IMG/VR virus record: IMGVR_UViG_3300042298_003554
Source: an uncultured virus (IMG/VR IMGVR_UViG_3300042298_003554)
Lineage: Duplodnaviria; Heunggongvirae; Uroviricota; Caudoviricetes
Reading direction: 5' to 3' (one strand)
DNA: 64,000 nucleotides
Position 1 is the first letter of the stretch. Each line of letters opens with the position of its first letter. The position numbers and the translations under genes were made by a program. This document shows positions 8,231 to 20,800 of this stretch, piece by piece. The notes beneath the pieces were generated by a model. That model was given only the letters and a program-made list of their open reading frames with translations, was not told the DNA's origin and made no database searches.

Positions 8231-9201
8231 AAATATTATATATTGCACCATATAGATTATCAAATAGTATAGGATACGAATCTATAAATTTACTATGTAA
8301 TTTATATGATATGGGATTAGATGTAGTTAGTAGACCAGTATTCGATGGAACAAAAACAATAAAAGATAAAAAATTTACAGATATATTAGAAATAACAGAA
8401 AATAAACAGATAAATTCATTTGATGTTATTATACAGAATGTCTCGATTTTGAATTACTGTTACACATCAAAAATACCATATCATATATTTTGGCCAATAA
8501 CACATAATATAATGCCATCTTATGAGCAAAAACAAAAATATGCTATATTAGATGAAAAAATAAATTATTTGTATAGTAATAATACTACTAAATTCATACT
8601 AGATAATATTGATATTAAAAATAAAAAAGAACTAACATATACAATAAATCATAGATTTTATTCACAAAATAATATAGGTAAATATAACTTAGGAATATAT
8701 TCAAAATATAAAAAATATTATACTATTATTGATAATTTACCAGAATATATTGTTAAAGATGTTATTATCAATTTCATAAAAACTTTCGAGGACAATAGTA
8801 ATACTTGTTTAATTTTGTATATATGTAATATATCTCAGCAAACGCTAGAGACATATAATAAATATATAAAAGATATGTATAATTTATTTGAAATTAATTA
8901 TAGTATTACTAATATAGTTATTGTTCCAATAGATAATACTATTTCTAATGTAATCACAGCACATAATACTGGAGATATTTTTCTTTCATTAAGCGATAAT
9001 ATTCAAACGCCATTTGCTAATAAGTTGAATAGACCCATCATTAATATATCTGTTAATAATCATATTTGGTGGAATCAACTTGATCTTAATAAGAACGGAA
9101 GTGTATCTAGCTTAAACGATTCTAATATAAAAGATATTGCATATACTAATATAATTCCCAAAGATAATATTCAAGAAATACTAGAAACTCATGCTCAATA
9201 A
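8227..9201 (+). CDS. Divergent glycosyltransferase-like protein (GT-B-like N-terminus, no E-x7-E motif)
   Basis: MKILYIAPYR..SIGY start and AHNTGDIFLSLS resemble phage GT4 paralogs; translationally coupled to its neighbours. Confidence 0.5.
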   Translation: MKILYIAPYRLSNSIGYESINLLCNLYDMGLDVVSRPVFDGTKTIKDKKFTDILEITENKQINSFDVIIQNVSILNYCYTSKIPYHIFWPITHNIMPSYEQKQKYAILDEKINYLYSNNTTKFILDNIDIKNKKELTYTINHRFYSQNNIGKYNLGIYSKYKKYYTIIDNLPEYIVKDVIINFIKTFEDNSNTCLILYICNISQQTLETYNKYIKDMYNLFEINYSITNIVIVPIDNTISNVITAHNTGDIFLSLSDNIQTPFANKLNRPIINISVNNHIWWNQLDLNKNGSVSSLNDSNIKDIAYTNIIPKDNIQEILETHAQ

Positions 9202-10045
9202 TTTAGATATCACAAATATTATTGTCAATACATTAAACAGAAAACACAGTACTGTTTACTATCTTGGAAATAAGAATTTATTTTCCAATATTCTGGAGCA
9301 GCATAGGGATGCCAACTTTATTTATGAAGCAAATCAACCATTTTCTTTTATTATCGCTGATAATCCTCTAAATTATTCTCAAATAATAAATAAGTTATCA
9401 TTGGCATACCATGTTAACACGCTCATATTGTTTATGGATAGTCCACCGACACATCTTAAAAAAGAAGATCGTATTATACTACATAAAAAACTAGATAATA
9501 CTTATAGGGTATTTTTTAACGATAAGATAAGATCTCTTTGGGCGCTACCAGACACAAACGAAACTCTCACTATGTCTTATGGTGTTCCAAAATCGGATAT
9601 AGTATCTAAAGAAAAAAACGTATGTATTTTAAATTTTGAAAATAATGATGGAATCAATAGATTATACCAACATATAAATAATTACATTAATTGTGATCTG
9701 ATTACGAATAGTAATAGTGATCCAATTAAAAACATATCTTTTTATAAGATTTGTATTAGCCCTCATAATATATATGATACAATTCTAAGCGCATCTTGCG
9801 GAACATGGGTGTTCTCATCATCTTTACTAATAGATAAAAATATATCTAATATATCCTATATAGATAATTATAATTCTATTATTAATGATATTAATAATAC
9901 TCTTAATAATTGGGATAATTTACAACACATAATAGAATCAAGTAAAAATTATATAACAGAACATTATTCATTAAACACATTTTATAGTAATATGACAGAT
10001 TTATATTCTAAAATTTCACAAAGAGTATTTAAATATGAAACGTAA
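9191..10045 (+). CDS. Hypothetical protein, possibly a degenerate GT-B
   Basis: Coupled ORF. YKICISP...TILSASCGT...YITEHYS resembles the C-terminal GT-B region. Confidence 0.4.
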   Translation: MLNNLDITNIIVNTLNRKHSTVYYLGNKNLFSNILEQHRDANFIYEANQPFSFIIADNPLNYSQIINKLSLAYHVNTLILFMDSPPTHLKKEDRIILHKKLDNTYRVFFNDKIRSLWALPDTNETLTMSYGVPKSDIVSKEKNVCILNFENNDGINRLYQHINNYINCDLITNSNSDPIKNISFYKICISPHNIYDTILSASCGTWVFSSSLLIDKNISNISYIDNYNSIINDINNTLNNWDNLQHIIESSKNYITEHYSLNTFYSNMTDLYSKISQRVFKYET

Positions 10046-10442
10046 TATAACCATAGTGATAGATCCATCAAAAGAAGACGGTTCTCATGTACATATAAAT
10101 AATCTAAATTCTATAGTTAATCATTCTTGTGATTCTATAACAATAGATATATTAGAATATCTTAAAGAAAGCGATCATCAGGTTATTATTAGGATTCTTT
10201 TGGAGAAACTTAGACAGAGTGGTAGGTTGAGTATCATTATAAGCAATGCCAAAAGCATAGCTCAACAATACATAAAGAGCGCTATATCCAATGATAGTTT
10301 TCTCAATTTCTTTGCAAATAAGCAGAGCCTTATTTCAGTCGAATCATTATATACTTTTATGGATTTTGCATTATTTGATATGATCGATTTAGATATTACC
10401 AACACTTTTATAACCATCGTTTTCGAGAGAAAAGAACTATGA
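10035..10442 (+). CDS. Hypothetical protein, truncated class I methyltransferase-like
   Basis: SCDSITIDILEYL...LLEKLRQSGRLSI resembles SAM-MTase motifs IV-VI; no glycine-rich SAM-binding motif I. Confidence 0.4.
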   Translation: MKRNITIVIDPSKEDGSHVHINNLNSIVNHSCDSITIDILEYLKESDHQVIIRILLEKLRQSGRLSIIISNAKSIAQQYIKSAISNDSFLNFFANKQSLISVESLYTFMDFALFDMIDLDITNTFITIVFERKEL

Positions 10443-11167
10443 TCAACACCATATGCAAGGACTGCTATTTTGCACAACCAACAACCTCAGATAAACCATG
10501 TGTATTTAATATACCAAATATTGTTCAAGAATATAAAAATATAGAAACCTATCAGGGATATAATATAATTAAAAACTATAATTGTAGATATGGTTTTAGT
10601 AAAAAAATATATAATGAGCATATTGATAAACTAAGTTCTTTGGATATGCAAGAATATGTTAAACAACAAAATATAGTAAAATATTCGATTGGACTAATAG
10701 TAGAAACGGAAGACAGTTTCGAATCATGTGTAGATTCTATAAATAGACTATCTATTAAACCGTCATATATAACTATTATTTGTTATGCCGATGGTAATAA
10801 ACTATATGACTTATTGAAATCTAATCTAAAATTTGATATAGATTATAAAGTACATAATTTTTTAGAGAACATTTCTGGGCCAAGATCTTTGCATATTGCT
10901 TTGGAGACCAATAAAAATAAAGTTGGTAATCTTATATGGTTATTAAATTATGATAGTTTAACTAAAGTTGTAGAAAATGATAGTATTCAAAATATTAACT
11001 ATATAATTAATGTAGAACAAAAACCAGCTCACTATTATAAGTGTTCATCTATAGACTCTCAGTTTTATGGTATATTTATTAATATGAATAACTATATAAA
11101 CTTATCATCTAAAAATGATTATTTAATAGAAAATAGTCCTAATGTATTAACTATAAATTATGATTGA
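10439..11167 (+). CDS. Hypothetical protein (N-terminal Cys motif, possible degenerate GT2-like domain)
   Basis: CKDCYFA...C...C N-terminus, then YSIGLIV...SCVDSINRLSIKP resembling a GT-A N-terminal strand-helix. Confidence 0.35.
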   Translation: MINTICKDCYFAQPTTSDKPCVFNIPNIVQEYKNIETYQGYNIIKNYNCRYGFSKKIYNEHIDKLSSLDMQEYVKQQNIVKYSIGLIVETEDSFESCVDSINRLSIKPSYITIICYADGNKLYDLLKSNLKFDIDYKVHNFLENISGPRSLHIALETNKNKVGNLIWLLNYDSLTKVVENDSIQNINYIINVEQKPAHYYKCSSIDSQFYGIFINMNNYINLSSKNDYLIENSPNVLTINYD

Positions 11168-11828
11168 TATTCTTATTATTACGCCAGAAATAACAAAAGG
11201 GATGAAATCTGTTGGTTCCAAATGTTTACTTCCATTAAGAAAAAATCTAAGTATTATAGAATACCAAGTTATGCAGGCTCAAAAAATATCTAGAAATGCA
11301 TCTATTACAATAAATATTGGATTTGATTCAGAAAATATTATGTCTAAATTATATAGGTATAGAAGTTTAAAGTATCTAATCAACGAAAAATATGAACTAA
11401 CTAATCAGGCCAATAATCTACTTCTATATATTAAGAAACACAGACCTAATAATTTATTAATATTTACGAGTGGACTTTTACTTAAAGACGGGACTATTCA
11501 CAAGTCATATTTGCAAGATAATTCTAAAATTTTTATGCTAAATAAACCTAAACATAATTTTTCTGTGGGTTCTTCTATATCCAATAACTTGGAGTATCTA
11601 TTTTTTGATATGGAACAACCCTGGGCCGAGATTGTTTATTTAAATAGTGAAGCAATTGATATTTTAGTAAATCAAGACACGGGAATGTTCGATCAAATGT
11701 ATCTGTTCGAAACCATAAATTTTCTACTACAGAATAATATCAAGTTTGAAAAAATATATCTTAATAAAAATAACGTTATGAAAATAAATAATTCTAAAGA
11801 TCTAAGCAAGGCTAAAGTATTTATATGA
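11160..11828 (+). CDS. Sugar/choline-phosphate nucleotidyltransferase-like protein
   Basis: IDILII...KGMKSVGSKCLLPL...SIIEYQ...INIGF...NEKYELTN matches the NTP_transferase/LicC-like N-terminal pattern; the GxGxR motif is degenerate. Confidence 0.6.
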   Translation: MIDILIITPEITKGMKSVGSKCLLPLRKNLSIIEYQVMQAQKISRNASITINIGFDSENIMSKLYRYRSLKYLINEKYELTNQANNLLLYIKKHRPNNLLIFTSGLLLKDGTIHKSYLQDNSKIFMLNKPKHNFSVGSSISNNLEYLFFDMEQPWAEIVYLNSEAIDILVNQDTGMFDQMYLFETINFLLQNNIKFEKIYLNKNNVMKINNSKDLSKAKVFI

Positions 11829-12541
11829 TAAAACTACTAGTACAACAAAAGAATGATAAGTTTATTAATAACATAGCTTTATCGTCACTAGATTTTTGTT
11901 CTAAATTAGTTACAAATATTGATAATCAACTATATAAAATATACTATAAATATCAATTTACAGATTGTATTTTTATTGCTTCGTTACTAAATAATGAAAT
12001 CAATCAATTTATTTTAGAATTTAGTAAAGATGTAAATATTTTTATATACAATGATACACATTCAAATATACCCTATAATAAAAATATCATAGCAGTAATA
12101 CAAAAAGAAAAAAGTGAATCCAAAAACAAAATTATATCTATACCAAAATTAGTGAATAATGAAATTTTTTATATAGATAGTTCTGTGCAAAAGAATTATC
12201 AGATCATAAGTTTCTTAGACTCTATGGAGTCTATACCAATGGAATTAAACCAATTCCTTTATCCCGTTTCGAATCTTCCAATTAAACTATTTAACAATAA
12301 AAATATTATTCATCCACAAAACCTTGGATTGCTTCTCGAAAAAGATAAAGCGTCTTTGTTGCAACAATCAGAATACTATTTAGCACTGGAAGAAGACTAT
12401 GTTCCGGAAGCTTGGGCATGTGGATCAAAAGTTTTGACAGTGGAAGATCTTGTGTCATTAGAACCCAAAAAATTTAAGAGCAGCAAAAATTTTCAATCGT
12501 ATTCTAATTTTTTAAAGGTGTTGTTAAGTGATAAAAAATAA
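11825..12541 (+). CDS. Hypothetical protein, possibly a degenerate GT-B
   Basis: QNLGLL..KDKASLLQQSEYYL...YVPEAWACGSKVL resembles the EAxACG donor-binding region. Confidence 0.45.
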   Translation: MIKLLVQQKNDKFINNIALSSLDFCSKLVTNIDNQLYKIYYKYQFTDCIFIASLLNNEINQFILEFSKDVNIFIYNDTHSNIPYNKNIIAVIQKEKSESKNKIISIPKLVNNEIFYIDSSVQKNYQIISFLDSMESIPMELNQFLYPVSNLPIKLFNNKNIIHPQNLGLLLEKDKASLLQQSEYYLALEEDYVPEAWACGSKVLTVEDLVSLEPKKFKSSKNFQSYSNFLKVLLSDKK

Positions 12542-12986
12542 CCTAGGTTTTCTTCTTACAACGATAGAGAATACAGACTATTATGATAGTATATTAAAGC
12601 AAATTTCTCTATTGATAAAAAATAATCCCTATAAAAATATAGTAATATTTAATAGTACTTGTGATAAAATCATAACATATAACATACCAATTCTTCATCT
12701 AAGTCATGCAAAATTTTTTAGTGGAGATTTATGGCTGTTCGATCTTATAGGAATTATAGTTAGCAAAAACTTTACAAATATTGATAAAAAGGTACTATAT
12801 TGTAATGATATGCCTTGGATTAAAAATAGAGAAAATTTTTATAGCGAATGGTCAAAAATTTATGATAATAAGTTGGATTTTGTAACAACAAACAAATACC
12901 TATATGATATATATGAAATATGTTGGAAAAAACCATTAGATATTATGGAGCATTTCGATTATGAAAAAATACAACACATCTTATGA
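12528..12986 (+). CDS. Hypothetical protein
   Basis: 152-aa ORF overlapping both neighbours in the operon. Confidence 0.6.
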   Translation: MIKNNLGFLLTTIENTDYYDSILKQISLLIKNNPYKNIVIFNSTCDKIITYNIPILHLSHAKFFSGDLWLFDLIGIIVSKNFTNIDKKVLYCNDMPWIKNRENFYSEWSKIYDNKLDFVTTNKYLYDIYEICWKKPLDIMEHFDYEKIQHIL

Positions 12987-13773
12987 TAATTTGTCTGACC
13001 AAGACAAAAAAGACTTAATTCTGTCCCTATATTCTGAACAGGGAAAAAGTTTTGCAGATATAGCTGTTATGTATGATACGTACGCTAATAGAATAAGGAG
13101 GGATGCTAAAAAATTAAATATTAAAATACGAGATAAAAGCGAAGCTCAAAAAAATGCTCTAAAAACTGGTAAACACTCACATCCGACAAAAGGTAAAGAA
13201 AGATCTCAAGACACAAAACAAAAGATAGGTATGGGCGTATTGAATGCATGGGAAAATCTAGAAGATGATGAAATACAAAAAAGAAAACTTCAAGCTAAAC
13301 AAAATTGGGAAAACTTAGACGATAATACAAAAGAGAACATCCTTAAATCTGCTAATACCGCGGTCAGAGCCACTAGTAAAGTGGGATCAAAACTAGAAAA
13401 ATATCTACATAAAAGACTATTAAACGACGGATATAAAGTAGAATTTCATAAAGAACAAACTCTGGTGAATACGAGGTTGCAGATTGATCTGTTCGTTCCT
13501 AGTATAAACCTAGCGATAGAGGTCGATGGTCCGTCTCACTTCACCCCTGTTTGGGGCCAAGAATCATTAAAAAGAAATAAAAATTACGATAATAAAAAAG
13601 AAGGACTAATAATTGGTAAAGGATGGAATTTATTGAGGATCATACAAACCAAAGATTATTCTGATGCTCGCGCCTTCTTAATTTATGATCAAATAGTCCA
13701 AATTATAAAAACAAATCATTCCAACCTTATTTCTGGGCAACAGAAATTTACTATAAAGGACACCAATGGCTAA
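12961..13773 (+). CDS. Vsr/DUF559 (EDxHD)-type endonuclease with NUMOD3-like DNA-binding region; probable free-standing homing endonuclease
   Basis: KGKERSQDTKQKIG (NUMOD3-like), SKLEKYL, QIDLFVPSINLAIEVDGPSHF, GWNLLRI. Confidence 0.7.
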   Translation: MKKYNTSYDNLSDQDKKDLILSLYSEQGKSFADIAVMYDTYANRIRRDAKKLNIKIRDKSEAQKNALKTGKHSHPTKGKERSQDTKQKIGMGVLNAWENLEDDEIQKRKLQAKQNWENLDDNTKENILKSANTAVRATSKVGSKLEKYLHKRLLNDGYKVEFHKEQTLVNTRLQIDLFVPSINLAIEVDGPSHFTPVWGQESLKRNKNYDNKKEGLIIGKGWNLLRIIQTKDYSDARAFLIYDQIVQIIKTNHSNLISGQQKFTIKDTNG

Positions 13774-14494
13774 AAAAGATAAGAACGAAACGATTGAGAC
13801 TACTGAAGATAATATCGTTGAAAAGAAAATTCCAACTATTGCTGACTTAGATTGGACAGATTATGTTCTTGGACTTTTATCGGATGACGAAAAGATTGCT
13901 GGTAATCCAACAACTGATGGTTTAAGACGTATTTTCGAAACTGTACTAAATTGTAGATTAATATCGTCAACAAGCTCGGTTGTTCAATCTCCTAGTCCAG
14001 AAAATGAAAAAAGAGCAACAGTTATACACTCTCTAGCGTACTGTTTAAATCCAACCGTTCAGGACTTAAACGGTTTAAATATTGTGTCTGTGGACGGCTC
14101 CGCAGACGTTTATTGGGGCAACTGCGACAAAATATACCGCAATCATCCAGTGGCAGTTGCGGAAACTAGAGCAGAAGGAAGAGCCTTAAGAAGAGCATTA
14201 AGATTACGCAAAGTAGTAGCAGCCGAAGAGCTATCAAAAGATATAGAAGATCATCCTGATCAAAACACAGTAAATAAGATTAGTAATCAACAAATTAATT
14301 TCATAGATGTTTTAGCTCAGAGATTAAATATTAATGTTGTCAAATTATTAGAACAAAATAATATGGAAACTAAGAATATTTATAGTTTGACACACGAGAG
14401 CGCTGTTGATATAATAAGATTATTATCAAAATACCAACAAAATATTGATAGTATACCACAAGATATTTTAGGCTACTCTAACGAATGGAAATAA
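13766..14494 (+). CDS. Putative Rad52/Sak-like single-strand annealing protein
   Basis: DGSADV...AVAETRAEGRALRRALRL..VAAEEL resembles the conserved helix of Rad52-like phage annealing proteins; replication context. Confidence 0.45.
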   Translation: MAKKDKNETIETTEDNIVEKKIPTIADLDWTDYVLGLLSDDEKIAGNPTTDGLRRIFETVLNCRLISSTSSVVQSPSPENEKRATVIHSLAYCLNPTVQDLNGLNIVSVDGSADVYWGNCDKIYRNHPVAVAETRAEGRALRRALRLRKVVAAEELSKDIEDHPDQNTVNKISNQQINFIDVLAQRLNINVVKLLEQNNMETKNIYSLTHESAVDIIRLLSKYQQNIDSIPQDILGYSNEWK

Positions 14495-14497
14495 TTT

Positions 14498-14821
14498 ATG
14501 AAAGTACTATATAAAGCTAATGATAAATTACAATTTGAATTAGAAGGCAGCGGACAAAAAGAAATATTCAAAGAGCTTGCTTTAATCCAAGAAATTTTTG
14601 GAGAAGCCAAGTGTGGAATGTGTGGTAGTACTAATATTAAATTTGTTGTTAGAAATGTTGATGGAAATGATTATTATGAATTAAGATGCTCTGATTGTGG
14701 AGCAGTTTTAGCCTTTGGTCAACACAAAAAGGGTGGTACTTTATTTCCCAAACGTAAAGACGATAACGGCAATTATTTGCCACACAGTGGATGGCATAAG
14801 TGGACTAAAGATAAAGAATAG
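14498..14821 (+). CDS. Zn-ribbon hypothetical protein
   Basis: CGMCGS...CSDCGA; last gene of the + strand block. Confidence 0.65.
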   Translation: MKVLYKANDKLQFELEGSGQKEIFKELALIQEIFGEAKCGMCGSTNIKFVVRNVDGNDYYELRCSDCGAVLAFGQHKKGGTLFPKRKDDNGNYLPHSGWHKWTKDKE

Positions 14822-14824
14822 TAC

Positions 14825-17800
14825 TTATTCGGAATTTTCTATCCTTTTGGTGAAGTATTCGAAAGGAATTGTTTCCCAGTCATATTGACTCTTCATAACC
14901 TTTCCTTTGACTTCAATATTATCTGCACTTCCATAAAATGATCTAAACCACATTTCGTTCATATGCTGAAAAATAGGTGGTATTTCTGCCGAAATAATAC
15001 GATATGTCTCTGGTTCTAACTGATAGCAATGCCAACAATACATATTATTTATTAATGATGGTTGATTCAAATTAGCCATACTGAATATATCATCTGGAGC
15101 TTCTGCCGGAACAATAGATTGTGGCCTGTAGCTTGTGTTGCTTCCATATCTCAGTACGGTACCAGCAAGATCTACACCTCTAATTAATCTAGGAGTTTTA
15201 CGAAATTGTACTTTAAGACTTGATAGATTATTCATATTAAATATGTTATACACTCTCGTCGGTCTTCTATTTTTTGTGTCGGTGGATAAGCCATTCAATA
15301 GGCCACCACCAACATCTGCTGAAAAATCATTTTGAACAATATTTTGTGAAACCAAATCCGAAATACTAAGATCGGAAAAAAATTCTAATCTAGTTATAGC
15401 AACATCATACACTTCTAAAACCCTAATTATAAATTCATTATCATCAAGAATACTATCGATGGCTTTATCGTTATGAATTCTAAATCTTCTTTCAACAAAT
15501 TTTTCTTTCCATCCATAAATTTTACCAGCAAATTGATTTTCTATTTCTGTTTTTTTTGTTGCTATTGGACCAGAGGTGTCTAATTCTATTGTGTTGCTTT
15601 TAACAGGAATACCAGCATAAGCATTAGCCTGACCGGCCAAGTTCAAATCAGCCCCCTTCTCCAAATAAGTAAAACTAAAAGGGCCGTTATAGACTTTGAC
15701 ATCGCCAAAAAATACGTTTCCACCCTTATATAAGAAATCTGGAGAAATATTATTGTTGGCATTTAAGTTTCTTCTCGTCTCCGATGGAGGATTGGTTAAG
15801 TCTACTCTATAATAGGTTGCTTTTAGAACCTTCGGTCTAAGTTCTTCTGCTATACTGCATGATTGTCTAGGATCGATATTAATCCAGTATTTATTTTTAG
15901 TTAAATTATTATATACTATATTAATCGATCCATCTATATTAGATGTAATAATAGCTTTTTGATTCGGTAAAATACCACCACTAGTTGTCGTATATATATT
16001 TTTTTCTGGATTAGGTATATAGAAATATTCTATCTTAAAAATAGAATTTTTATCAAATTCTTGACTATTATTGAGCTTAATTTTTTGACTACCAAAATCA
16101 TCATATAATATTTCGCCCTCTATGGGTCCATCATTTTCTCTAACATAAATTTTGGCTTTTTTAATTCCTTGATCTTCTAATAGTTTCAGTATCTCGCTAC
16201 GTTCTGTGTATAATTTTGTTAATTTATTAAGTGTTTGTTTTTTATAACATAAATTACCACAATTTGCTGGATCGTCTTCTATAGCAGAGTAATGATCTTG
16301 TATGTATTTAATAGAATCACTATTCAAAATAGATGCTGTGCTTCTTGTATTTCCAACTAGATTGTCCAAAGATTGTATCTTTTCCATATTTATCACCGCT
16401 AGTCTACTAGTTAATGTTGAGAATTCCGTATCTGTTAATTTTTCTATTGTTTCTTTATAAGTATAGCTATTTTCTATTTGTATATCTCCTACTATACCTA
16501 TTGGTAAACTAGATATAAAATTATTAGTATCAGAAATTTTAAGATATAGCATATTATATGATTTATCTTTTAAATAGGTTTTATTATCATTTAATGTATT
16601 ATGATTATTATCTAAAAGATTTTCAATGTTTTGCACACTATCTTGTTGAATATAATAAAAAGAATTCTTAACACTATTACTATTAATATTAGATGTATTG
16701 TAGTATGTAGGATACGCTTTTATAGAGGACGGATTAATCCCGGATCCATTTAAAAATAAGGAATTATAAAAGAATTTATCGTGCTTATGATTATTTAACA
16801 ATTCATATAGTGGCTCCAGGCTATATAAACTAATTGTGTCTGATAATATATTTTTTGCTTTAACAACAGAACCGTCGCCATAAGATCCGATACTGTTAGT
16901 GGAAAACGTATTCATTTGATCCGGTTTTGGAAATCTATCTACATGTAATCCTATATCAGAAATTGGACTAATTTTATTTAAACTATAATGTGTATTATTG
17001 CTTGCATAAACAATAATAATATTATTTGGTACTCTTATTTGACCACATGGTATCACAGCAGATCCTTTGTATAGAACTAAAATAGTTTTATAAGAATTGT
17101 CTTTATAAATTAAAGATTTTGCAACTACTCTAATAGGTATATCAGAGTTATCATTTTCTAGAGAACAATTTGTTAATCTTACTATATCGTTTCTATCGAA
17201 TAGATCATATGCTATAGAATTATCTATTGATATAATTTCATATGATGTATTATTTAAATATTGAAAAATATTATTAAAAGCTAATACTTTATTGTATGAT
17301 ATATATTCATTATTATTTAATAGATCTATGGTTGGAATATTATTCGGATTACATTCTACAGACGTGCTGTCTTGACACGATTGTTCATCAATAAAATTAT
17401 CTATAAAACTTTCATCTATCAAATCTTTTTTCTGATTTATAATTTCAAAATCAAACTTAAACAAATCGCCAGATCCCTTATGAAACTGGTATTTTTGAAG
17501 AGGAAGAGCCGGAGTATTGTCTAATTTAAAGATACTAGCCTCCAACTTATACCAAAAACAACCATCGTCACTAACATTCAACAATACTTTGTCCGATCCG
17601 CCATTTGTATAAGAATCATACTCTATATCATAGGCTTCTCTTTGTGCAAATTCTAAATTATAAATTGCAGAAGATGCATTAAAATAATCAACCAAAGCCT
17701 GATACGGACCACCTCTGCCCAAAACTAAGGCTCCAACTCTATTTGCTGTGATCGCTAAAATTGCCTCGCTTGGAAATCTTGGTCTTTCTATAAATGGTTG

Positions 17801-20800
17801 ATTACGAATAATAGGATCTACGGATAAATTATTACATAGATCACAATTTTGAAAAAATGTATTAGGAGCATTTTGATTAATATATGGTAATAAAAATAAA
17901 CTATCACTAAGATCAGCAATAAAACTATAGCCTGGATATTGAGGATGATCACCGTAGCTTATTAAGCTTAGAGCATCTGTTGAGCCGTATGTGTCTATAT
18001 TATTTACTGATTGAACATAAGGTTTTGGTGTTTTTCCTCCATGAATTATAATTTCCCAATTACATAAATTATTAAAAATATTATTTGGGCTTAATTTAGT
18101 AGAACCAACTAAATTAGTATATAAATCACTCGAAATAATAGTATCTATAGGAAACATCTCATCTTCTTCATCCAAAATAGCTACTTTAAGAACAAATTCT
18201 GTAGAAGAATTATGAATAGGAAATATTGGTTGACAACTATCAGATTGTAAAACTCCAATAAATAAGGATTTGGAACAAAACTTACTCAATGTATTATTTG
18301 TAATATTTAATTTATGGTATTGAATAAGATTACGATAATAGCTATTTTGTTTTGTTGAGTATCCAGGACTAGAATAAGAGGGTCTACATCTTCCATTATT
18401 TAATAAAATTTCTTGATTAGGCTTAATCTTAGAATTAGAATACGAGTTGATATCAAATAAACAACTAGAAGCATTGGCTCTATCAGAAAAAGTTAATGAA
18501 AAATTATATTGTTGATTTTGAACAGTTTCTTGATTCAATAAGAATAATTTCATAGTCTCATACGAACCACTAACAGAATTGTGGTTGGTTAGATCAATTA
18601 AAAATCGATTAAGATCCTGGTTTAATACATCTATAGAGTATGATGATGGAAAATTTGGATCAGCATAATTCAAATAATCACCCATATATGTTTTTGGATC
18701 AAAAATTTGATCAATAAAATTATTTGTAGTAACTATTGGAGATTGAGATTGTGGTCTTCTGTTATCTTGCGCCAAAGGTGGCAATAGAGATCCTGCCGAC
18801 GGTTTCATTTCGATCCATATGGCTAAATTTTTTGTGTTGATACTATTTAGAAAATTTAATTTAACCTCAATATCAGAAGCATTTAAAGATAATATTTTTG
18901 GATTCCTCAGACCCCATCTATTGGGAGAGTTCAACTCTTCGATAGCTTGGTTTCGTAACAATGGATCTTGTTGGCTAGGATCAAGAGAAAAGATATTTAT
19001 AAAACTTGGTGGCGGTGTTATTTTTTTGTTATATCCAACAGTATTAAAATAATACGAATGTTTATTTTTTATTTTATCTGTAAAAAGCTTAAATTCATCA
19101 TTGGATGGATCCTGTTGATCTTTATAATTAGTCTCCGCCGTTTTAGATAAACCACCTCCCAGTATTCTATATCCATGATGATATCCAGCACCGGCCTCGT
19201 CTGGTACTGTAGCTTGGAATTGATCAGAAATATCTAAGCCGATATCATTACCCCAATAATATTCGGCCTTAGCTCCTGGTACGCATGGAGCCCCACAACA
19301 TTTATTCGAATCGCCCATAATCTCTGGTCCTGGGCTCCACACTATTAATGGATTTATTTTAATACTAATTGAACTACTATAAATCGAAGGCTTTAGCATA
19401 TCTGTGCTGGTAAATGTAGATAATCTATCAATCGACGGTCCAACAAAACTAAAAGAATCTCTTGCTCCAGGATTAAATTTTAATACACTCGATAAATTAT
19501 CATTACTATTCATTATCCATCCACTATTGGGATTAAAAACACCTTTAGTAAATTCTATAGAATTATTTGTTTGATCAATATATTTTTGATAACAAAACTT
19601 ATAACCTATCTTTCCACCGCCCAATGGTCCTGGGGTCATTTGATTTTCATAATCATCTTCATAGTCTAATTTATGCCCAGTAACAGATGGTAATACATAC
19701 GGACTTTCTGCAATAATACCAACATTATTTCTGGTGGTTGTTGGCTTAGTATGATTTGGTATTCCTGTAATTCCTATTTTATTTAATACTTTGTATCCAT
19801 AACCGCCGTATGATTTAATAGGAGGAGCAATATCTGTGCTAATTATTGGATATTGGTAATATATAATATCAGAAGTTGTAACAGAATTTGTCTGAAGATT
19901 ATAATTATATTTTTGAACACCAAAATCGTCTGGGGCTTTTCTTGATCTTTCGAAAATTGTTCGTCCAGTATCAGCAGAATTTTTCTTAGTAATGTAAGCT
20001 CTAAATTTTGGATTGTACAGACTATAGCACTGAGAGCATTCCTCGTTGTCTTGCCTAATATTTTCTAAAATAATACTATCTAGTTTTACTACTGTATTAT
20101 TTAATATATAGTCTATGGTGAAACTTGAATCTTGTGTTCTAGGTTGTATAGGCTCTGATTCGGAAAACAGAAACTGAAAATTATTATTAGATAATTTCTC
20201 TATTGGTCTTTCATTCTGATAGACTGTTTCAATATAGTATTCACTATCTATACCTGTAAATAATCCATTACGATGAATAGCGTATGATCCTAAATTAGCT
20301 CCATGTATTTTAAGATTATCTTGATTAATTCGTATTCTACGATTTTGTAAAGAAAATTCATTAATTATATCTTGAGTTACCAAAGGAAATATATCGTTTG
20401 GAACAATTTCCTGTCCTGTATTATTATCTCTTTGATAAACAAAATTCATTCCAATAGCATAATAATCTAAAGCTAAAATAGGGTCATCACCTTCTTGTCT
20501 AGTATAAATAGGCATCATATCGTCAGTAACTTCATAATATCGATTATAGAATATGCCTGGCCTACCATCTACAACAAAAATGGTACGGTACAAAACATAG
20601 GATCCGTAAGGACTATTTACAGTGCATTTTATAGTATATTTACCTAAATTAGATGGTATCATTATTACTTCGGGTCCATTCGCTGTAAAACCTAAAGCAG
20701 TAGTATTACTATTGCCAATAGGTTCTCCGTATACGTCTGTGTCCGGACTAATACCCAAAGGCTGATTTAGATTAGGTTTTTTATTAAAATCCACAAATCT

